Shown: in pieces, positions 48,581 to 58,157 of the stretch
Layout: each line of letters begins with the position of its first letter
How positions within the stretch are numbered: position 1 is the first letter of the stretch
Source of the DNA: Ranitomeya imitator
Lineage: Eukaryota
Assembly (NCBI RefSeq): GCF_032444005.1
Contig: NC_091290.1
Coordinates: 150,846,001-150,910,000 of the forward strand
Length of the DNA: 64,000 bases
Direction of reading: 5' to 3'
Made by a program: the position numbers and the translations under genes
Notes under the pieces: model-generated
Seen by the model: the letters and a program-made list of their open reading frames with translations, nothing else
Database searches by the model: none
What the model was told of the DNA's origin: nothing

Positions 48581-51218
48581 CCCCTTCACCCCCGGAGCTT
48601 TTCCGGTTTTTCATTTTCGATTTTTTGCTCCCCTCCTTCCCAGAGCCATAACTTTTTTTTATTTTTCCGTCAATTTGGCCATGTGAGGGCTTATTTTTTG
48701 CGGGACGAGATGTACTTTTGAACGATACCATTGGTTTTACCATGCCATGTAACAGAAAATGGGAAAAAGTGATGAAATTGCAAAAAAAGTGCAATCCCAC
48801 ACTTGTTTTTTGTTTGGCTTTTTTGCTAGGGTTAACCAAATGCTAAAACTAACCTGCCATTATGATTCTCCAGGTCAGTACGAGTTCATAGACACCAAAC
48901 ATGTCTAGGTTATTTTTTATCTAAGTGGTGAAAAAAAAATCCAAACTTTGCTTAAAAAAAAATAAATTGCGCGATTTTCCAATACCCGTAGTGTCTCCAA
49001 TTTTCGTGATCTGGGGTCAGGTGAGGGCTTATTTTTTGCGTGACGAGCTGGCGTTTTTAATATTATTTTGGTGTAGATACGTTCTTTTGATCGCCCGTTA
49101 TTGCATTTTAATGCAATGTCGCGGCAACCAAAAAAACGTAATTTTGGCGTTTTGATTTTTTTTCTCGCTACGCCATTTAGCGGTCAGGTTAATCCTTTGT
49201 TTTTATTGATAGATCGGGTGATTCTGAACGCGGCGATATCAAATATGTGTATGTTTGATTTTTTTTTAAATGGTTTTATTTTGATTGGGGCGAAAGGGGG
49301 GTGATTTGAACTTTTATATATTTTTTATTTTTTTTATATTTTTAACCCTTTCACGACATGCGCAGTAATAGTACGGCGCATGTCGTGTCTCCCCCTTTGA
49401 TGTGGGCTCCGGCGGTAAGCCCACATCAAAATCGCAACATGTCAGCTGTTTTGTACAGCTGACATGTGCGCACAATAGCGGCGGGTGAAATCGCTATTCA
49501 CCAGCCGCTATTAACCTGTTAAATGCCGCTGTCAAACGCAGACAGCGGCATTTAACCGGCGCTTCCGGCCGGGCGGCCAGAAATGTCATCGCCGACCCCC
49601 GTCACATGATCGGGGTCAGCGATGCATCAGGAAGGTCACCATAGAGGTCCTTGAGACCTCTATGGTTACTGATGCAGGTCTGCTGTGAGCGCCCCCCAGT
49701 GGTCGGCGCTCACAGCACACCTGCATTTCTGCTACATAGCAGCGATCTGATGATCGCTGCTATGTAGCAGAGCCGATCAGGCTATGCCAGCTTCTAGCCT
49801 CCCATGGAGGCTATTGAAGCATGGCACAAGTAAAAAAAAATGTTTTTAAAAATATGAAAAAAATATAAAAAATATAAAAGTTTAAATCACCCCCCTTTCG
49901 CCCCATCCTAAATAAAACAATTAAAAAAAACCTACACGTATTTGGTATTGCCGCGTTCAGAATCGCCCGATCAATAAAAAAAAAGCATTAACCTGATCGC
50001 TAAACAGCGTAGCGAGAAAAAAATCTGAAACGCCAGAATTACGTTTTTTGGTCGCCGCAACATTGCATTAAAATGCAATAACGGGCGATCAAAAGAACGT
50101 ATCTGCACTGAAACGGTATCATTAAATATGTCAGCTCGGCACGCAAAAAATAAGCTCTCACCCGACCCCAGATCACGAAAAATGGAGACGCTTCGGGTAT
50201 CGGAAAATGGCACTTTTTTTTTTTTTTAAGCAAAGTTTGGATTTTTTTTTCACCACTTGGATAAAAAATAACCTAGACATGTTAGGTGTCTATGAACGCG
50301 TACTGACCTGGAGAATCATAATGGCAGGTCATTTTTAGCATTTAGTGAACCTAGCATAAAAGCCAAACAAAAAACAAGTGTGGGATTGCACTTTTTTTGC
50401 AATTTCACCGCACTTGGAATTTTTTTCCCCGTTTTCTAGTAAACGACATGGTAAAACCAATGGTGTTGTTCAAAAGTACAACTTGTCCCGCAAAAAAATA
50501 AGCCCTCACATGGCCAAATTAATGGAAAAATTAAAAAAAAGTTATGGCTCTGGGAAGGAGGGAAGTGAAAAATAAAAACGCAAAAACGAAAAAGGGCCGC
50601 GACTTGAAGGGGTTAATCACTTTTTTTTCTTAAATTTTGGCATGCTTCATTAGCCTCCATAGGAGGCTAGAAGCATGCACAACTCGATCGCCTCCGCTAC
50701 ATAGAGGTGATGCACAGATCAGATGATGTGTGCAAACTGTAAAGCGTTGCGGAATATGTTAGCGCTATATAAAAAAGATAATAATAATAATAATAATAAT
50801 AATAATTATTATTACTATTACCTTATGTAGCAGAAATGCAGGGTTGCTTTGAACGCCGACCACAGGGTGGCGCTCAAAACAATCCGCCATCAACAACCAT
50901 AGAGGTCTCAAGGAGACCTCTGGTTGTTATGGCAATGCACTGCTGACCCCCGATCATGTGACGGGGGCCAGCAGTGCGAGAACACCTGGCCGCGCGGCCG
51001 GGAGCGCTAGTTAAATGCCGCTGTCAGCGCTTGACGGCGGCAATTAACTAGTTAATGGGCGCAGGCAGATCGCGATTCCGCTTGCGCTCATTGCGCACAC
51101 GTCAGCTGTACAAAACAGCTGACATGTCGTGGCTTTGAGGTGGGCTCACCGCCGGAGCCCACCTGAAAGCAGGGGATCTGCCAGCTGATGTACTATTCCG
51201 TCAGCTGGCAGAAAGGGG
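48581..51218 (+). mobile_element. piggyBac-like MITE B (middle; 48581-49345 plus 50617-51218)
   Basis: TTAA TSD at 48577-48580 and 51219-51222. Confidence 0.88.
49346..50612 (-). mobile_element. piggyBac-like MITE C (inner, complete, 1267 bp)
   Basis: TTAA TSD at 49342-49345 and 50613-50616; CCCTTTC / GAAGGGG termini. Confidence 0.9.
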
Positions 51219-51934
51219 TTAAACACATCAGCTTGGCGCACAAAAAATAAGCCCTCACCCAACCCCAGATCACAAAAAAAATAGAGACGCTACAGGTATC
51301 GGAAAAAAAATAGAGACGCTACAGGTATCGGGAAAAAAAATGTTTACATTTTTTTTAAGCAAATTCGGGAATTTTTTTTCCACCACTTAGATAAAAAATA
51401 ACCTAGACATGTTAGGTGTCTATGAACTCGTACTGACCTGTAGAATCATAATGGCAGGTCAGTTTTAGCATTTAGTGAACCTAGCAAAAAAAGCCAAACA
51501 AAAAACATGTTTTGTGATTGCACTTTTTTTTGCAATTTTACGGCACTAGGAATTTTTTTCCCTGTTTTCTAGTACAAGACATGTTAAAACCAATGGTGTC
51601 GTTCAAAAGTACAACTTGTCCCGCAAAAAAACAAACCCTCACATGACCATATTGACGGAAAAATAAACAAAGTCATGTCTCTAGGAAGGAGGGGAGCGAA
51701 AAACAAAAACTTAAAACCGAAAAAAGCTCCAGTCATGAAGAGGTTAAAAAGATTTCATCTGGATATCGTAGTGTAGCAAAGTGTATTAAATTGATTACGG
51801 ACACGATTCCCAGTAATTATATCTTTTATAAGTCAATCAATACAATAATCAGAATTGTTTCATTGTACCTATTATTAATAGAGACAATAATCATTCTCTT
51901 TTATAGACTTTGACACCTATTATTTACATAGGAC

Positions 51935-52222
51935 TAGTGATGAGGGAGTATATACTCATTGATCGGGTTATTTACCCGAGCGTGTGATCTCCGAGTATTT
52001 GTTAGTGCTCGGAGATTTAGTTATCATCGCGGCAGCTGAGTGATTTACAGCTACTAGCCAGGCTGAGTACATGTGGGGGTTGCCTGGTTTCTTAGGGAAT
52101 CCCCACATGTAATCAGCCTGGCTAGTAGCTGTAAATCACTCAGCTGTCGTGATGATAACTAAATCTCCGAGCAATAAATACTCTGAGGTCACCCGAGCAA
52201 CGAGTACACTCGCTCATCACTA
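51935..52222. mobile_element. Palindromic hAT MITE (288 bp)
   Basis: TIR TAGTGATGAG / CTCATCACTA; 8-bp TSD CATAGGAC. Confidence 0.9.
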
Positions 52223-52711
52223 CATAGGACCTATTATTTATAGGTTCGATATTTACTATTGACAATTTAATACGATAGACAGTACTGATTATTGTAAAAT
52301 AAAAGGACACTTTTTTTTATAAAGATAAAAGTAATAATGTTTATTGAACAAAATCAATTACATTTTATATAGACATCTGAATAAATGTAATTGTTCAATT
52401 AGATTCAATCAATTCAATCAGTTCCATCACATTTCTTGAACTCCACAATACACCGCAAATAAATCAAATTAATCATCACTGAACACTCACTGTTACAATC
52501 ATACAGATGACTCGGAACTTAATGTATATACATAATATTTCTTACATAATTTATAGCAATACCATTGATAACGGCTACATAGTGAGCCACGTGGATTGTA
52601 GTATCGGCGAGACTCTTGGTTTAAGCCTCATTGGTCCTTTAGCGATACTTAGTGGTGAGGAGTGTGAAGGACGGAATAGAGGTCGTGGCTTAGATGTTCC
52701 ATCAGTTTCGA

Positions 52712-53137
52712 TCATTGGAATTTTTCAAAATCGATCAAATTGTTCTCTAGTAGCGATTTACCCACAACGGCGGATGGCATATTTAATCCCGCCATAGCCG
52801 GCATAAACGTATCCCAGCCCCGGGGTAAATTCCTGCTGGACATGGCAGGACTCAGAGTTGTGGAATTGTTAGAGCCGGGAATTACACTTCCTTTGAATAT
52901 AAATTCACTTCTGTCATTCCACAATGTAATATTTTGTTTCTGTAACAGTCTGCTTAGTAAAAATTCTGCATTCTTTTTATATCGCGGATTTACATGACTT
53001 ATTACAGTTTCATTAACATCTGTATTGTCATCAGGTTCTGAATTCAACAATTGTTGGTGATCAGATTCAGGAGCGCTAATGAGTTTTAAAGTTGATCGTT
53101 CCTCTGCATCATGTTTAGCACGAGTCAAGGATCTCAC
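52712..53137 (-). pseudogene. Polinton-associated uncharacterised ORF remnant
   Basis: KNAEFLLSRL...WNDRSEFIFKGSVIPGSN...LPRGWDTF directly downstream of the ATPase; family assignment from recall only. Confidence 0.5.
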
Positions 53138-53149
53138 TATATTCTTTAA

Positions 53150-53800
53150 TTTTCACATCGTCTGATATATCATTGTAAAGTCTCAGCAATTTCACCATCA
53201 AGATGCATCGTCAAGTGAAGTTCCTCGGGGGTACCGGCTCTTAATTCAAGCCTCAAATACCCATAAGGTTCACGCGTGGCATCCTCCAAAGCTAAGAAAA
53301 ATCGTTTTTCCCGGGTAAATTTGTCGCGATCGTGTTAAAATTTGTAATTTATCTCGAGGATTTATTTAAAAAAGTACCACGTATTTTGTGTTTAAGCTTA
53401 TTGCGCGACTTTTCTTTCCTTGACAAAATAGGTTTTGCCCCAGGTAGAAAATGCTGAGATTTCTGTGATGTACATACTTGGTAAAGGCTTTTGTTTCACT
53501 ATCACTAGCAGCACTCTCCATGAGATCACCAACAATAGTCAAAGTTTACCTTTTCAGGAGGGAATAATTCGTCATCTACGAATGTATGCGGCAGACCCTT
53601 CACAAATCTGATGCTGGGAAAAGAAAAAGAGTAATTTCGTCATATAGTTTTTGCGAATAAAACCAAACAAAGTTATGGTGTTTGTGACAAAACGGAGTTT
53701 CAATATTATGTAACAGCCGTTTCACAAAATAACTTTTGTCCAGAATTAGGACGGCCCTGCTAGAATGCTAGAGAATGGGTGTTACAGACGGGGGATCCAT
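53150..53800 (-). pseudogene. Polinton A32-like packaging ATPase, frameshifted
   Basis: Reconstructed HPFSSILAGPS(N)SG(K)SYFVK (Walker A) and FTKYVHHRNLS..QN.FCQGKKSR..SLNTKYVVLF.NPRDKLQI. Confidence 0.85.
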
Positions 53801-53814
53801 CACAAACCGTAACC

Positions 53815-54835
53815 AATAGCCAGGAGGGACGGTGGTAAAATCATCTAACAGTAGACGTTTTGCGTTTTGCGTAATGCTCTTGTTCCAATACTTTTTATTT
53901 TTCACGATGCCGGGCTTTTCAATTATAAGAATTTGGAATTCCGCAGACAGTCCAGAACTATAACTTTTAGACTTATGAAATCAATAGATTGCGCGTTATT
54001 GACATTTACCGTCATCCCCTTCACTTTTTAAGACAGTTTTACCAGTGTTGAGTTTGTAGCTGTAAATTTTTGGGACCTGCAGATACAAATTCAGTGATGT
54101 AAGTATCATCAAGTCTCTCAGGTCAATTCCCCCAGGTAATCATCTAAAGGAGGACTCCGCTCACCACCTCTCAGCACAAAAACAACAACCTGAAAAAGCT
54201 CTTTAGGTTTGCTAATAATGCTGGTACATGATAAGTTAGATCTCTGGGCAAACTTTCCCAATGAAGAATTTAAGAAAAGTTTAGAGACTTGTCTCTTAGC
54301 AGAATTCAATCCTATATTTTCAGGCATTATTTGTACACCACCTTTTCCAATGAAGGCGTCAATGTGCTGCTGTCTGTGGTCATCAGTGCACCAGCTGGGA
54401 TAACCCGAGGCCTCCTGCTTATCCCCAAGATGTAATGTACGGTGCCAACAGATCGTCACTGGCGTTAGGAAAACGCCATATTTCATAGATGTGGGCGATC
54501 CTGTACCCTTTCTCCATCTCAAGCTCTACAGTGAACCATGTTCCTGTCAGAGATCGCTCTTCATCACTGTGTGTGCAAACCTCGGTCTGAATTTACAGTG
54601 CATGTATAGCAAAGGGGGAACATTCATTTTTTGTCCAGTTTTACTGGAAGTGGAAAAAATAAATCCCTCGGTGGGTAGATTGACGATACCAAGGTCATTT
54701 TAATGAATCTAAATCCCTCAGATAATATACGAGGATGGCCTACAGGATATGTTATAGTTTTGTTTACAAAGGGATACAGACTGGTGAAATCATAGTAATG
54801 TAGGGACTCTCCAGATTTCAGGCTGTGATAAGAGA
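53815..54835 (-). pseudogene. Protein-primed family B DNA polymerase, C-terminal half, disrupted
   Basis: HYYDFTSLYP, QEASGYPSWC, KRQVSKLFLNSSLGKFAQR, FVSAGPKNY, KRLLLDDFTT.PPGY. Confidence 0.9.
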
Positions 54836-54839
54836 TTAA

Positions 54840-56114
54840 CCCCTTCACCCCTGGAGCTCTTTTCAGTTTTTGCGTTTTCGTTTTTCGCTCCCCTCCTTCC
54901 CAGAGCCATAACTTTACTTTTCCCATCAGTATTGCCACGTGAGGGCTTCTTTTTTTACGGGGCGAGTTGTACTTTTGAACGACACATTGGTTTTACCCTG
55001 TCACATAATAGAAAAAAAAATCTAAGTGCGGTGAAATTGCAAAAGAAAAAAAAAAGTGCAATCCCACACTTGTATTTTGTTTTGCTTTTTTTTGCTAGGT
55101 TCACTAAATGCCAACACTGAGCTGCCGATATGGTTCTCCAGGTCATTACGAGTTCATAGACACCAAACATGTCTAGATTACTTTTTTATCCAAGTGGTGA
55201 AAAAAAAAAAAAATCCAAAACTTTGTTAAAAATAAATGGCGCCATTTTCCGATACCCGTAGCGTCACTATTTTTCGGGATCTCGGGTTGGGTGAGGGCTT
55301 ATTTTTTTGTGCGCCGAGCTGACGTTTTTATTGATACCATTGTAGTGCAGATACAAATCATTTGATCGCCTCTTATTGCATTTTATTGTAATGTTGCAGC
55401 GACCAAAAAAAACGTAATTCTGCCTTTTGATTTTTTTTTTCTCACTACACCGTTTTACCAATTGGATTAATTCTCTTTTTTTATTGATCGGATTAATTCT
55501 TTTATATTAATAGATTGGGCGATTCTGAACTTGACGAATCCAAATGTGTATATTTAATTTTTTTTTTAGTGTTTTATTTTGAAAGGGGGGGTGATTTGAA
55601 TTTATATATTTTTTAATATTTTAAAAAACGTTTTGACATTTTACTTGCTTCAATAGTCTCCATGGGAAACTAGAAGCTGCACTTGTCTGATCGGCTCTGC
55701 CACACAGGGCTGCAGTCCTGCTCTATGTAGCAGATATGCTGCTCACTTGTTATAGGCGCCGACCACCAGGCGGCGCTCATAGCAATCCAGCAATGACAAT
55801 CACAGGGGTCTACTGCTGACCCCAGGTTGTCATGCCAACCCATCGGTGACCCGCGGTCATGTGACACGAGCGCCGATGGGAGGAGGTAAAGATGCGCTTC
55901 CTGCACGTGCATGTTAAATGCCGCCATCAGCGTTTGACAGCGGCATTTAACATGTTAACAGCTGCGGGTAAAGCGCGATTCCACCTGCAGCTGATCCGGG
56001 CGCATGTCAGGTGATCAGATCAGCTGTCATGTGCTGGAAAAAGCGGGGGCTCATCGCCGAAGCCGCACTAATAGGGGGAGGCGTCCAATGACTGTGTCCA
56101 CGTCCGTGAAGGGG
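54840..56114 (+). mobile_element. piggyBac-like MITE (complete, 1275 bp) at the 5' edge of the pPolB remnant
   Basis: TTAA TSD at 54836-54839 and 56115-56118; CCCCTTCAC / GTGAAGGGG termini. Confidence 0.9.
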
Positions 56115-57610
56115 TTAATCCAAAGAAAGCAGTGTATGATAAATATACAAAGATTTTACAAAGAGGATAAAAAGTATAAACAGTTACATAAAATAAGAGG
56201 GATTATCAGAAGAACTTACTACCCCGATCGCAGAGATGATTCAGCTTAGCCCCAGGAGAGCGCTTCGATTTGGCCGCCAATAAACGGGGTCCCTACATAC
56301 AGGATATGTAACTCTCTGCACGAACACTGATGATAATTGGGACTGATCTTTTCTCAGACCCCGAGTCCCACCCACACACCCCTCTACGATGACCTTACAT
56401 GGGCCAGGTGGCGAAATCCCAATTTAGGCAATAACCCCTCATTGGACGATCACCGAAGGTCGAGACGGATGTCGTGTTTTGTATCGGGATTTTATCTACG
56501 CTTAGAGACCCCACATGGTCCAGCTGCTGGCGCTTATATGGCCCCTATGGATTTGGGGCCTGTTGGTGGGGGTTATAATCATGAGAAAATATATATATAT
56601 CAGTTTCCTTGGATGCCAACAATGTAGATCTCATTAATATCGGATGTATATAAACTCCAATATTCCATATATTCTCCCGGAGACTGACTGCGCCGATGTA
56701 ACAGCAGTGACCATAGCCGTTTGTACAAGGTGTCAGATCTTCCTTTCATCCACTCAAAACCTAATAAACCTTCTCCTGTCTCTCCATCTATGGACAATAC
56801 ACGTCCTGTTCAGTCACCTGGGCATAAAGAGTAATCCCTGCATGTTTAATGGCGCTGCTTCACATCGCTGTACACCGCCATTTTACATAAAGGCAGCTTG
56901 GAGTGCTAGCCCCTGTCTCCTTAGGGCAAATGGTAGAGAAAAGAATAAAGGGAGGGGGGGGGGGGGGGGGAGCTACAGGACCTGTAGGATTTTTAATATA
57001 TTCTATGACACCTATACAATTTTCCCATGTGGCAAGCAAGTTTTTGGTAAAGGAAAATTTCTTCCACAGTTCCACTGGAACGGCAGCATGCTGATGAAGG
57101 GATCCATGCGCCACTTAGGTGACGTTTAGTTTGCGCCTATTTGCACAACCATTGCAGGTGAGTGAACAACTTTCCTTCTCCCTGGTGCCAGTACTCACTA
57201 CGCTCAGATGGCGCCTTCTGCTTTCTCCGCTTAGGTGTTAAAGATGTGCAAAGACAGACAGATAAGAAAATTTGGCAGCACTACAAAAAAAAAAACAAAA
57301 AAAAAAAAAAACAACAACATGGCACTCGCAGCATAACTGACAGGTTATAATAGAATAGAGAGACTAGATATATGTATGTGTGTATATCAGTGTGTATATA
57401 TGTATTGATATTGCACAGAAAGATAGAAGAAAAGCCGGTAATTCATCTACTGCCTTCTGTAAAATCACTGCAGGAGACGACAGGATAGAAGAGATTGATT
57501 ACATACAGTAAATACATATAGAATAGGTAGATACTGTATATAGAGGTCAGTGACAAATACAATTAGTACAGTGTGTGCAAATTACCGAACATGAATAAAA
57601 GATTTTACGG

Positions 57611-57641
<31 letters not shown>

Positions 57642-58157
57642 GTGTGCTCCCACGCAATTTTCACAACCAGCAGAGGGAAAGCCAGCGTCTGGGGGCAGAT
57701 GTTCATAGCATGGGAAGAAGGTAATACCCATGGTACCCTATTAATAGCCTAGGAAGGGGCCATAAATACCGGTTTTTACGTACCGGTAATAGGATTTTAC
57801 AGAGTCCACGACAGCACCCATACGAGAGAGGGGATCCGCCCACCATCTGGACAGGAACCTACAGGATTTAAAGGGGCGGTCCCCCTCACCACTCCAGTTT
57901 GTGTTTCAGAGTATAAGGGACACCGCCATTGAGTTAGTACACAATCATAAATACTTAAACATTACTAAATACCATCACCTTCTAGAGAGTGACAATTAAA
58001 AGCACACCTTCCAATAGAGTGCAGGAAACCAGTGATTAACTACGGGGGGGAATGTGCGGGTGCTGTCGTGGACTCTGTAAAATCCTATTACCGGTACGTA
58101 AAAACCGGTTTTCCTATCGCCACGACAGCACCCATACGAGAGACTTTAAAAGACCAA

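Larger units (their letters stand above)
47793..51743 (-). mobile_element. piggyBac-like MITE A (outer; 47793-48580 plus 51223-51743)
   Basis: TTAA|CCCC...AGAGG|TTAA; the halves rejoin as GGTATCATTAA|ACACATCAGC, matching the uninterrupted copy near 50120. Confidence 0.88.
52300..54835 (-). mobile_element. Decayed Polinton/Maverick fragment
   Basis: pPolB, packaging ATPase and a small ORF in tandem on the minus strand; boundaries approximate. Confidence 0.85.
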
